From contig CM082577.2 in NCBI GenBank assembly GCA_040954595.2, positions 7,713,846 through 7,777,845 of the forward strand: a stretch of 64,000 nucleotides of DNA, read 5' to 3'. The stretch is from Balanoglossus misakiensis (Eukaryota > Animalia > Hemichordata). The position numbers and the translations under genes are program-made. A model generated the notes under the pieces. That model was not told the DNA's origin. It ran no database searches and worked only from the letters and a program-made list of their open reading frames with translations. The stretch's first letter is position 1. Every line of letters starts with the position of its first letter. Of the stretch, positions 1-13,562 are shown in pieces.

Positions 1-2882
1 ATCCTCGCTGTCAAGCAATGATAAAATAACACAAATAAATGCATAGTACAAAAATTAATGATAGCATCCTCTTGCAATTAAAAAGTGACTGAATGCAACA
101 CAACACAACAAGACGCATTTGCCACTGTTCCAAAGTTTAAAATGTTCATCATGAAGATCGACGCGACAGCATCTACTTTGTACAAACTTTTACACGTCTA
201 CCGTTATCACTCAATTGGTTGATTTGGAAAAGATAGCCAAGTCTATAGTTAGCGACAACTAAAAATTAGTAATACAAAAGGGGGAAAATACGATAATTTA
301 TGGTAAATGGAAATACCTTGGAAGCACCAGCCACCATGAATTTTGTAATATTTGTCTGTGGAGCCTTTTTGTGACCGACGTCAGCAATTGTATCCATGGC
401 ACGAACAGAAGCCTGACAACAAAAAAATACAGGTTTCGCTTTAGTACTCCACTCTGTCTGTCTGTCTGTGTCTGTATGTCTGCCCGCCTCTCTCTCTCCC
501 TCTCTCACTCTCCCCCTATCCCGTTAGTTTTGTAGGCCATGCCCCATTTTGCAATCGTAAGATTTATAAGAACTTAAACGTTGCCTTTAACGTGGATGGC
601 ACAGTAGACGGACAAACGTGTCTCTCAACAAAATAAAAGTTATTTTTCGAATACACTTTTGCGACCCGTCATTTATAGGGAGACTATTTCTTGATGTGAC
701 ACACCTTTGTCATGGGCATGCGCAGAAGCCAGTCAGGCTGAGAGGGATCATCCATGAAATGTTTCCAGGTGTAAGCGATGATACCATCTTCCGTTCGACT
801 CTTGTTCTTTGGGTCTCCCTGTATTTAAAGCGAGAAATTAAACGACGTCAATCGACATTACCATAAAAGGTACACAGTCACCTTTACCTATAACATTTAT
901 ACATAATACTAATACAAGGCAATTTCAAGGTCTTCAAATGACCGTTTGGTGACGCACTTTTCTCTCGGATAGTTGTCAGATCTTTGTACGTGTCTACAAG
1001 TGGTCTTTTTGATGACTTACTAGTAGTTTCCAAACAAACACAATACAAATTCACAAACTCACCCAAAATCTGATGTGTTCGTTTGGGATTTGTTTTAAAC
1101 ACGCTCCAATGCTGAAACGACAAGTGAAGATTATGGCAGGCCATTTAATGGAATAACATACTTAGACATTATGATTCGCATCACATACATGTATGTTGAA
1201 AATGTAGGCGAGGTGTGTTTAGGACAGATCACCCGGGAATGTGTTTTAGGTTATTCACTGATCCCATCGCACAGTACAGTGCACTTTATTTGCTACGCGC
1301 CATGTTCTACTTCCGACGTGTGTCATCATGTCACGATTTCTTCGTCTGGTAATGGCAGTTAGTCAGGCGAGTCCTTACCTGCCGGTTGCTAGGGCGAACA
1401 GTGACGTCATCAAAACTTCTTCGTCTCCAAGGGGATCCGGAGGGCTGCGATTTGAACAAGGAAATAAAAGTATACGTAACAAAGACACGTAAAACACTTC
1501 CTGGAAAGTGGTACAGGGAAGCAAATATACAAAGTACTAAATTATAAAAACGAAGTGTACAAAATTTAGTGCAACTTTAAAGGGGCAGATTTTCAGTAAA
1601 ATGAGTAAAAAATGGGTGAAAAATGGAACAGAAAATAATTGTGACCTCCGACACTCACCTATCAGAGTTACTACCACCTGTGATGTACATAAATGCTGTA
1701 TCTAAGATTTTCAATTTGTGTGGTATGGTGATGGCCAAGTAATGAAACCAAATCGATCTGTCTGAGTCCTTTTCTGAAAATGACGAATAGAAAATACAAA
1801 ATTGTGTCAGGAAAAACAGGTGTCATTAAAGTTTTAAAGAAGGGACGTTTCCCAGAGATTCCGCAGTCAAACCTTACTCACAAACTGTGATGTCTCCCTA
1901 GATACATGTATATTTGCCCGTTATCAATGATGCTATCAATGAATGAATCGAGATCCCGCACTTCGAACTAGAGACACAAACTCTTATCTCGTGTATATCT
2001 GGGTTCTTATCTGCCATGTTCAACCCACACTCTGATTCTGCGCAAGTCATCAGCGAGGGTAAAGGACGGAGTTCTTGTGGGATTTGTCAAAACCCCATGT
2101 TGAATATACGTAGGATGATCATTTTTTTTATTTAATGCTTAAATTAAACAGTTCTTCCCAAATATCAGCTATTGAAAACAACTCGCAAACGTTGTCAATC
2201 CTATATAGAGCTTAAATAGTTACAGACTCTTCGCTGACACACCCCTTATAAGAGATGTCCCACTAGTGTCACGGCACTAAAAACTCAGTACCGAATATTT
2301 ACAAAGTAGAATATTTCTTATGGCACGAATTTGATCGCAGAGGAGTTACACTTGGACAGTACAATTAACCAACCGATTTGGGTAAGGCTGGTATATTTTC
2401 AGTCAAGGGCCGAGCTCCTGCAAACTGTGCAGTGGATGACCGGAACACGCCCCTTTAAGGTGGGCTTGTCACGTGAGATGGATATTCTTATCGCCTCATC
2501 AAAAAAGATACATTTAAAAAAATATTTAACAAAATGCATAAATTTAAACAAACTGAAGAAAAGATCAGGAAAAGTCTGAATAAAAATATTATTAAAACTC
2601 TGTATTACAGAATTTTATCCCGCGTGAAACATGCTTGTCAGACACTAGGAATTCAACCAGACATGAAGCCTGGGTAGAGTCAATCTTACCTGTAAGCCAT
2701 TTCTGTGAGGTCATGTTTACGATATACACGGTGTATTCGTCGGCTAACACTGTTTTCTCGCTAAGGATCTCATACTTGTAGTGAGGGTCCGGTCGGTTCA
2801 CGTAATCGTCTAGCGGTGTTGCTACCACGCATGACATCACGCACGCGACGGCTACACAAAAAGCGGCCGCTGCCTTCGACAT
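1..2882 (-). CDS. PqaA/AprA-family secreted protein, paralog 1 (5' part; gene runs off the left edge)
   Basis: Exons 2882-2690, 1773-1659, 1444-1379, 1111-1063, 818-705, 412-317, 7-<1, all GT-AG and in frame. Signal peptide MSKAAAAFCVAVACVMSCVVA, then [56 protein letters not shown] and GASK|RG. Intron positions match paralog 2. Confidence 0.9.
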
Positions 2883-4218
2883 TTTGAAATGTCTGTTTTA
2901 ACCCGCAATGCTGTAGTTGTTATAGTTTCTTTCCCGGCCTATACACAGCGCTGTGACCCTCTCTCACGACTCAGCTACGATCAAGATCTAAAGCTGACGT
3001 AGAGACGTGCCTGGATTGTCAGCTGACCATTGGCGTGGCAAGTAAAAATCAAAGTTCGGGTTATCGAGATGGCACTATGGCAAATGTGACCCGCTTGTTC
3101 GTCAGTCCACCACCGTTGGTCCACAGTTCAACAGCAAAATGGTGCTCTGTTCGCCTGACCGTTTAATCGTCATCGACCTTTGAAAAAGTCCGATGGCCAG
3201 ATTATGGTCAGTTTCTGTGCGGTCCAAATGACATACTTTTAGCGTGGACTACAGTGTGTTATGACGTATGCATAGCACCTGAGACAGCTGTCTCGAATCT
3301 GATTAGCGTATTATTGTTCTCTTACACCGCCGTGACCAGGAAGTTTTGATTACTTCACTACGAGAAAATCTCATTTCCGCGTTCACTTGCCACGTGCCCG
3401 TGACTCACGAGAATTTCCCGCACACTCGGAAAATTTTAGCAAATGTGGAACGCACGCGTTACCTGCCAGTGCAGTTCTTGTTGAGCTCTGCTGTGTGCAG
3501 CCCAGCTTGAAGTTCAATCGCATTCCAGGTCAATTTTGTAAAACCTGTTGATAGCAGAGATACTTTAACGCCGGTGGTTTGGGGTCAGAGGTCATGGGCG
3601 ACCTGGTCCAATAACTACTATTATATGCGAAGCTAGCTATTGTTTTTGTCACAGCTGATTCTTATTGTATTAACCAACGAAAAAAGTATCTTGGCGAACA
3701 TTGCACTAAAATGGCACTAGGAAAACAAGCAGAAGTAGTCTGCTGTAACAGGAAGCGTGCCCAAGTTCCCCTTTTCACAAATGATCGACAATTTGTCATG
3801 TTCTTTCTCCGACAGGTAAACGATGTCGCGAGGTAACTGGGTCACATCGCAACCGCATTGTAATTTGAACTAGAGCTATATTCAAAATAACGGAAAATCT
3901 GGACCATCAAGATGTTAAATTTTCTTTTATTATCAATGGTGGTGAAAATCACTTGTTCCAAGTCTCCGTTATTTTATAATGAGTCATTGATTTTCTGGAT
4001 GATTTTGTTTTCACTTTAATACACCAAAATCCAAATGAAATAAAATTCAAATTTAACAAACAAACTAAAAACAAGTAGAAAAATACGTTCTAATTTGCGT
4101 GGCACCTTACAGGCCGTTTTGTAAAACTGAAACACTCTCTTCATTGTTATATGATTGTGGGAGGTTGGTAATGATCCGCTCTTGCGATCTCAAAGTAAGG
4201 TTTTACTTTTCAGTGGAT

Positions 4219-4380
4219 TTAAACTAAACTTCCATAGCAAGTCTGTCCCTCGCATGGTGGGAAAGGGAATACATCAGGAATTATGTTGACCTCTGTAGTG
4301 AACTCTAAGACGGTGTCCTTCAGACCCGGGAATGTCGCCTATGGGTGGGGGAAAGGTACGGCGAGATTATTAAATACATG

Positions 4381-4470
<90 letters not shown>

Positions 4471-7400
4471 GAACTGCGACTATATAGGCACTCGATTCCT
4501 CAAAGTCGACTTAATAAATCAGATTCCAGTAATCGCAATGATTGGTACTTTTCAGGGCATCTGGCACTTCCAGGCGAGATAGCGAATCATCATAATAAAT
4601 ACAAATAAAAGTCGAAAATAAAAACTGACCAGGATGTAGAATCCGATCCAGCCATTGCGAGGTTTCTCAAACGACACGTGGTAGACACCCTCACTCTGTA
4701 ATTCAAACATACAAGAATTACGGCGAAGATCCAGGATGACTTCAGACCTACTACGATCACCACAGTAACCGTGACGTCACTGATACCATCGATTGATATT
4801 TTGCTTATACAGGTATCGCTTGTTGTGTATGTTGGCATGATTCAATGCGGTCACTTTGTGTAATGTGGTTGAATGGTAACATAACGGATATGTCTTGGTC
4901 GTGAGATAACTTGCTAGGCACAAACCCTTGACTTGAGACAGTGAGTACAGCTATTTGGATCGGGTAAAGAACAAGTGTCTCCGTCTGTTAACTAGGGCTT
5001 AACTTACCGGATTTTGTACTGAGAAAGGTAACCATGGAATAGCCTGTGGTCCAGGTTGACCAGTTGCTGGATCGATCCCCACCAATCGGAAGTCTCGTCT
5101 GAAAATGTATGAAAGCAGAGATATATAGCTGAATGAAGGATACGTTTTCCTAAGATTTAAAATCTAACTTCCAATTGGGTATTTTTTGTACACTTTAAAT
5201 GGCAACGTTGTACCATTGTCTTCGAGACTACCCGGATGAAGTGCACCAGATGACGGCACAGTTCACATATACCTTCTGTCGTCCAAGGTCTTTGCTCTGT
5301 AACAAGTCACTGTCAGAGGCTTGGTGTCAGTGTACATGGTGATGCTGCCAGTGGTATCTGTCTAAAGATGAAAAGACAACCACGTCAACATTAGGAATTG
5401 TGGTCATTTGAAGCCTGAGACTCAGTTATCTATTGGCCAAGTATGACGCCCTTGTATAGTTGTCTGTATTGGAACCATATTTGTTGCTCTTTCGTAGCGT
5501 CACATTATGACGTCACAAGTGTCGCCGTCTTGCATGTTATTTTACACCCTTTTGCATGTATTTGATATGTTATTTATACTATAATTAGTGACATTGAACA
5601 GTTACCTCTTTTCTCTCCCAGGTCATCTTTGGTAGTTTCATTCCCTACAGGAAGATACACAAAATTGTCAAACGGCATACTGTGGCTAACGAATTTTCAA
5701 TTGATGTTGCCTGGCCAGTTATTGAGTAACTGTTTGCAGTCATTTGTATTCTCGGTCCAATATTAAGACTTCTTAACCAAATTCTCGCAGACATCACAGA
5801 AGATCCCCAGGAAAAGGCCATATAGATTACTTACGTAGTAAACTGCCAGGAAAAATCCTCTCATGGCGAAGAGATCGTCGACGTAGTGGCCTGTCTGTGA
5901 ATGCTCGGAGTTCGGCGTAACCCTGGAAATAATAAGACGGTTGCCATGCAGATAAACTGACCAAAGTCACGAGCTATCCACTCTAACTCTTTAAGTACGG
6001 CATGATTGCTCCTCGTCTTCGCTTGGTAAACCATCATGGTCAATCTCTCTCGGCATCGATGTGTTTACTCAAACTATACGATAAATGGCTAAAATACATC
6101 TTCATTAAGGTGCAGATATCTAAAAAAGTTCTTGAATCGTATATAGTTGAACAAGAGAAAGAATGGGTCAACATTTACTTTTTCATGAGCCATTTGGTGG
6201 AGAGTGTAGGCACACCCATTTAGCATATATGTTGTACTTTAGAGGCCTTCATTTATTATATTCTCATGTTTTTCTTCTCCCTCTACAGCCATTACTCACT
6301 TGAGATATGTGGGTCCCTTCATGTCGTCATAATAATAATGAGAATCATCTGGTAAGAAGAATTCATCTCCAGATGCGGTGATTACCAGTTTTGGCATTGT
6401 TAGCCGATCTCTGTAAGCTGCAAAGATAGAAAAAAACTGAATTAAGCATATGACAATTATACAATCATTCCCAATATCTTTTTCTCTGCGATTTGCAAAG
6501 AAACATCACGTTTCAACATGAGCAGTGTTGAATAAAATTATCTCTGTAGAGGGCGTTATTCCATTCAGGAAATGCCAGTGTCACAAATAGGTAACACGCA
6601 ACTAGGTGACGAATAGAGAAGTCTTACAGTATGGGTCGACGATGTCAGCAAGTTTCTGGGTGAGAGGATTATCCAGGTGCATCGTGATCTCTTCCTCGTA
6701 GTAGTCTTCAAATGCAAACGTCCATCCGCCAAGCGAGCGGTAGTGATGATGCAGGTTCTACGACAGGGGAATATGTCAGTATCATGAATTTGTGGTTTTA
6801 TAAAGACGAAAAGTAATTAACGTTATTTTTATGTGGTGACCTGCCACCCACCTATACCAAGCCAAAACTCAAAACAGACCCGCCAATGAACAGATCAAGC
6901 TCAGCCATCACAGTGTAATTTGATCCCAACAGTTACCTTGACAAAGTTCAAACAATCCAACACTATTGGAGCAATCGCAAATACACGTTTGTCGACTGCC
7001 GCTGTCGTCCATGTTGTCCATCCACGCTACAGAAGGAAAAACAGAGAAAACGTTCAATCAACACTTGTATTCCCTAAACAGCGTACCGAGTCTTTCAAAA
7101 GAACACAGATAGTTCACCAGTATCATGCGATTGCACCTTTAATTGGCGACACACGATAAAACTTGTTCTCAGAAACTGTTTGCTATTCTCTTCTCAGTTT
7201 TCTAGTTTCGTAATTGATCGATAAATGTCACCTGACGAAAAAAGATGGTGGAGTGTGACCACCTACGTCACTCAAATAACTCTTTTCTATTGGTTACTTG
7301 CAGAATGGAACGCTCGAGCGCTTTTAATATTACGTTACCTTTGAGCCGCCGGCAATCATGTATTTCTGTATGTTGGTCTGAGGACTGACTTTCCTGGCAA

Positions 7401-10343
7401 AGTCTGTGATGGTATCCATTGCACGAACCACGGCCTGTAGTATAGACAGAAACATTTGGTGATCGACAGCATTTGGGCGGTTGTGTAAATTTACCAGCAA
7501 CTGGGGGGGGGGGGGCTATTTCTTTTCATTCTGGTATTGGTAATAACATTTGATCTTGGAATTGAATAAATCTAAGAATAGAAGAGTACTTTCTGTTTTA
7601 CAACTACTGACTTCAATGGGACTTTGTTGAAGAGCGCGTAATTCCGATAAAGAAATATCACCTTTGTCATGGGCAGCCTAAGGATATATTCAGGTTGCGT
7701 AGGATCGTCTATAAAATGCTTCCAGGTATATGCTATGATGCCATCTTCTGAACGTGATTTCTTCTTTGGGTCCTCCTGCAAATCCACTCTGATTTAGCGA
7801 CTACTAAGGATTCATGGTAGACGTATACTATCATCACTCATTTTATTAAAATTATTAAGTTAATATTAACAACATTGTATTATTATGATCTGATCTGATC
7901 GTGTAAACTATGCAAGCACGATCCTGAAGCATACATTTTAGTTGGTCAGCTACGTGGTACAAGATATAGTTCGTTGGGTTCACGGCTTGACCCAGTTACT
8001 TACGTAAAATGTGATGTGCTCGTTTGGTATTTGACGAAGACACGCGCCGATGCTATAACAGAAAAGATGGGAATGATGTCAAATTGGCTGATCATCAAAT
8101 AAAAGGCGTTATCAGTGATTGAACGTTCTGGTTCAGCTACATGAATCGAGTTTCCAGATGGCGTTATAAAACCCACTCATCAAGCCGTTTGTCGATCTAA
8201 TGATTTCACGATTGCGTGTAATCAGCCATGATCCACAAAATGCGTTTCGATGATTTTTAAAGTGAGTCCGTTATTACGCGCATGATAGGAGATAAGTACG
8301 AGCGATCGAGTGAGTGAGTGATGAGTGAGTGAGTGAGTAAATGAGTAAGTCAGCCAGTGCGATAAAAGATGGCACAATATCCCGTTAAAACATTCTATCT
8401 TTTTGACAAAAACATTCAGTAGTAATAGTAAATTACAACATTTCATCTCGTGGTATGTCAGCTGTTACGTTTGGATTTCTGTGGCACTTATATTACTCCA
8501 CAGGCTGCAGTATTGTTGAGTCACTTATTGGTCCGTATACAATTTATTTTGGCATATCATTCCAAAAAATACTTTCACTTTCACGTCTGGTTTTGTCTCT
8601 GAGTGACATTAACGCAAACGCGAATGCCAGACAAAAAAAATCAGACGGAAACCGCGTCAGTGGCGCCAAAATGTCTGTTGGCAGACGATGTCACCGGTAA
8701 CGTTCCAACCGACCGTGCTGTAATTTGATAAATTTCATTACTGTCGCTCTTGGCAGACGATTGGGTTCGCATTGGCACGAATTCCTTATAAATTCTAAAA
8801 AAATGCACGCACCGTCCTTGTGTTATCTCTCGTGATGAAGCATGCAGAGTATAAGTTGTGCGTGACACTGTCAGCCCGTCAGCATGTTTCAAAAAGACAT
8901 CGGCACGCCAATTTCTCGAAGTAACTAAATTATGACAAAAGATGGCGGCTTTGTCTCTGTCATTTTGATATCACGTTTCACCGGGTTCCGCTTCAGATGA
9001 AATATGCAAAGTAGGATACTTCTATACAAGTTCGGTTTCCTCTCTCCTGAACTCAGGTGGTGCTAATATAAACCCCACCCGCTCTTGCGCACACGAATTT
9101 CGTGCGGCACATCAATCCGAACAAAAACGAATCGCTATATCCAAATACGCTACCTTCCTGTGCCTACAGCGAACACGGAACTCATCAGTACATCCTTGTC
9201 TGAAGTTGGGTCTGGCGGACTGCAATAAAAAATAATAATATTTGGGGGTGAGTCGTCCCGACCACCTTTAAATAATGTAAACATGGAGTTTTACATTTTT
9301 GTGAAACAAAATTCTTTATGTAATGTTCAATTACAATTGGAGAAGTCTAAGGCAAATTTCAGTCCATTATCCAGTTGTATTCAGGCTAATAACAAACAAT
9401 ATCGACGTTCATACACTTACACGACGCCGGGACCGTTGCTACCTCCAGTGACGTAGATGAAAGACGCGTCAGTGATCGTGAGTCTGTCAGGAATCGTGAC
9501 GAAGAGAAAATGATACCAGATGGAACGGTCTACGACGGTTTCTGCGAGACGATAGTTAAAACGCGTTGTCAGAAGGACGTGGGCCTGTTTATTTGAAATC
9601 TAACGTATGAGTTATAAGCAAGATGGTTGGAGATTTCTCGGTCAGTGTGTAAACGTCTGAATTTTGAGTTTACATCGTACGATACTTCGCATGAATTTTT
9701 AAGCGTCAGAGCTTAGGGGTGAAAGGGGGCAAGCGAATTGTACCATGGGATATGTTGGACATTGCTCAAGGGTCATCAATGTAAATAACCCTTGTACGAC
9801 AGGTACATACATCAACGAGGGCTGCAAGTCCCTGGGGTTTGGCCAACTACTCCCAAAGTCTATACATGCATTTGATTTTCCGTCGTGAATTAAATTAGAA
9901 GATATACCCGTGATCAAACGTCTTGCCATACTGTAAAATGCACAATAATTTAGGAGGAATGCTAATTTTCGCAAAATTGGAGCTATGGTTCCCAGAAATA
10001 ACTTAATCTTTGTGCGTTATTTTTTCTATTGCCTTAAAATTCCATTTATAAGAAATTATCCACGCAGAATGCTTGCAAATTGAAACGTCACACATTGCTC
10101 AACTAATGGCAAATATGCAAAGGCCATCGCGGTTATTGCTATCGTTCAAAACTCACCATTAAGCCATTTCTGTGATGTCATATTCAACACATACACCGTG
10201 TAGCTGTCGGGTACACGGACAGTCAAGTCCGTGAGAATGGTATATTGATAGTGCGGATCGAACTTCTTGACGTAATCATCGAGAGGCGTTGCCAGCACCA
10301 AGGCGGCCGCCGAGCAAAGAATTGCCGCTGTTAGAAATTTCAT
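4219..10343 (-). CDS. PqaA/AprA-family secreted alpha/beta-hydrolase-like protein, paralog 2 (complete, 15 exons, 487 aa)
   Basis: Exons 10343-10157, 9541-9421, 9219-9154, 8052-8004, 7775-7662, 7434-7339, 7026-6937, 6757-6628, 6417-6300, 5922-5835, 5644-5606, 5361-5273, 5098-5008, 4695-4630, 4338-4219 total 1464 nt with a TAA stop. Motifs TPLDDYV, GGSK|RGWTTW (nucleophile elbow), [23 protein letters not shown] and C-terminal [27 protein letters not shown]. Confidence 0.93.
4381..4470. repeat. (TCA)n trinucleotide microsatellite in the last intron of PqaA paralog 2
   Basis: About 30 perfect TCA units; explains the poly-His and poly-Ser ORFs at 4283 and 4345. Confidence 0.97.
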
Positions 10344-13300
10344 GGCGCCGCGGTATACCTGTGTGCGTCGGTCTGCTAGCTGTAGGATGGACAACACCCC
10401 CTAAACTGAGTTGGTCATCAACCAGACGATAGTTTGATCAGCAACTTATTTTAATAATACAGAGACTCGGTCACAGCAATGACCTGATTGCAGACCATCT
10501 CACTGAGTGTATGGTACCCGTCTATCTGTTATCGTGCCATCACGTTTATCTGTCGAAAGGAGGGACTTTGCGCTCATCGTCTGCATCCAGTCCGCCTAAA
10601 CACTGCCAGTTTTGGGTCACACTGCGAGCCTCGTATTATTGTTGTTATAGAAGAGCAGTTCTTGCACCTGCCATTGAAACCCACGATCGATTCCCCTTTC
10701 GCTTCAGCGGTCAAAACCATGCCCAATACGACCACTGACTGTCAAAAGATTTTTGCTGCGGTCTATGATATTGAGAGCGGCACCAAACAGGGCTTTTGAG
10801 GATCTATGGCTTACACAAGATATTTCGTCGCCTGTGGGCGCTCTTTTATAGGTTGCTAAGTATGAAACGCGGAAATACATTCGGCGGATTGTGCTATGTC
10901 ACCAATTATGAAAAAAATCGAGATTTAATACACATGCATATCCAATATTAGACAGGCATCGCTATATTTTTTCAAGTTGACTTCATGAAAATAAATTCTT
11001 TATATGAATTCCTAGAAGAAATGCAATGGCTGTTATAATATTTTTGTTTTGATCATGTAGTCACTCACATTCAATAGCTCTGAAAACCTAATCTGGCTAT
11101 GCAACTGTTTTGTAACGTGCGTGACGATTTCAAACGCGATACATTTTCCTCGTCACGCCGCAATGCAGGATTCTATTCGACGACTGATATGGGACATTCA
11201 TCTGGAGTGTGAAGGAAAGGGGCTTGATTTATCTAACGCCAGCGGGTCCCGACAACTACCGCGGCGTACCCCAAAGGCTTGCCGGCTTCCCTGTGGAAAA
11301 TGAACAAAAAACGAACAGGAAAACAATCAGCCACAAATAGAATTCGAATTCGGCTTAGATGTGACGCAGTTTTGGTCTTACTTTCGCTTCCAGATTCTCA
11401 CAATATCATGAAACGTGGCATATTTAGTTTATAGGACATGATAAGATGTTACTTAGTCACATTCTATGCGAAACATGCGATATCACGTGATATTGCGTTT
11501 TCTGTACAGCACATGTACACCACGACCCCGATTTAGACCCAAGGGGAAACTACGAGATCGGGAGCGAGTTGAGTGTGATGGCGGACATCCCCAGGACATC
11601 CTTAAACCAAGTTGAACGTTGAAGGTTGCCTTCATTCATGTGCACCATGAGAAAGGTGTGGGGCGAAATCTGTCAAGAAGTCGACCGCAGAGAGAGTATG
11701 CGGATTTTGACCCCATTGTTATGCATGCCACGTTCTCCGGACCCTTTTCAGATAAAAAAAAAAAGTGCAAACTGTTTAAGGGGTCTCAAGCCGCGATTTG
11801 CCATTTCCGTGCAAGTCATATCAGTTATAAATCACGTCTTTTCAAAATGGGGGATGGCAGAGTCCCTTGAACCATGATTAAACGGTTGCGTTCCAGCTAC
11901 TTGTTGGTTTTATCTTTGGTTCTCAAGGTAAATTATAATAAGATGTATCATTTAATCCACGATTGGGGGGGCACATTAAACGGAAACTTGAGAACATTTC
12001 CACTTTGTAATCAGGCAGCGAAATGCACAGACACGCAGACAGTTCACGTGACAGTGCACACTTTTAAACTATCATTGAAAGGAGTCGCTTTCCTGAACGA
12101 CAGACAGTTGTGTTGACGTCATATATGACATGGGTGATCACGTGATTTTTATGCAATGTGAACGTAGAAGATGCTGTTTGGTTAGAATTCGGGGTTAGAT
12201 GGAGGTAGGGCTACAGTTTTTTCGTGTTATCAGAAACGAGTGGAAGAAAAAAAACGGGTGAAAGCCTTCAAAATTCGTGCTAATGTGTCAGCCTATTATT
12301 GACCGGCGCCACTTCCGCCTCATTCTGCTCCAAAAAAGCGCAACCGTCTGGGTCGTTTTATTAGTTTTTACCTTATTTGCCCAGAGTTACCGCTGCATTA
12401 GGCGCGAACGAGCACTACATACAGATATAAATACCATGCCTCCTCCTCTTCCTAACGCCACACACTGTCAGACCTATTCTTGCGTACAGTTTTTAGTTAA
12501 CTAAATAATGTTTTGTCCAGGCGGCAGAGTCGCACAGGCATGTAAAACGAACCAGCCACGTGTACGTTTACTGCAGGGCGTACCACAAATGAACCGTGTT
12601 CCTCTGCTGGCCGACAATCCACGCAACTGTGGAATGTTGCAATCATTCTCCAGACACAATTGAATATAATTCCGAACCAGTAAATTTAACAGATTTGTTG
12701 AAAAGAAAGTTTATTAATACAGAGGAATGAATACACTCCCTCAATCACAACGCGGCCAAGGATATTTGCTTTGGCCCTTTTATTTGACAGATTTGTTAGT
12801 CTAGAAAGCAGAGAATATTAATCAGACATATTTGGCACTAACATGGCACTGACTTGGTACAGCACACGACTTGAATTGGATGAACACGTCAAAATGATAC
12901 TAAAATATGCAAAGTTACACAATGTGCATATTTTGCCTATCATAAAGCGTCAACAATACAAAATGGCGGCGGGATTTCATTGATGACGAGAAGATAAAAG
13001 TACTCTTGAGAATGGCTCTGCACCAGGCCGCGAATACCGATTTCGAAGACAACAGAAACGAGTCCAACTAACCGTATGCGTGAGTTCGCATAGAGAACTT
13101 GGACCGTGGTTGGTGCCATGTTGTTTTCATTGCCATGGGAACGAAAGGCAAGATGTTCTTGTCCTGCACGAACTGGATTTCCACTTGTATCTTATAGTAT
13201 AGGAAGATATATACTACATATACGTTTTACCACTGAGTTACTTCTGGTCTGACAAGATACATATGGGGCAGTTTAATAAGCTTAGGCCTACATTGTATAT

Positions 13301-13562
13301 GTGAGAAAGGTCAGAACGGAAAAAAGACACAGAAACACCACGACCAAATCTTATTACGCGGATGTTTCTTTCCTTTCAAAGTCAAAATAGTTCGTGGAAG
13401 TCTTCTCATGGAGTTTTTTTGTAAATTCAACAACGTGTAACATTCGCAACATATAAATATGACAGGCGTGTAGTCACTCTGGCATTGCTGGCGCGTATAG
13501 CCAGTTCATCCTTATATCACGTGACATTACAAATGGCGCTGAGCAGCTGAGCAGCTGACCCA

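Noticed and set aside
3463-3544. Minus-strand exon-like segment (CAG|GTTTTAC...GGCAG|GTAAC; FTKLTWNAIELQAGLHTAELNKNCTG)
   Set aside because: Not needed by either PqaA model and no recognisable homology; may be a UTR exon or chance splice signals.
4283-4608. Poly-His and poly-Ser ORFs
   Set aside because: Translations of an intronic (TCA)n microsatellite, antisense to the PqaA gene.
10488-10799. 103-aa plus-strand ORF directly upstream of PqaA paralog 2
   Set aside because: Starts at TTG, has no motif or exon partners, and probably lies in promoter or intergenic sequence.
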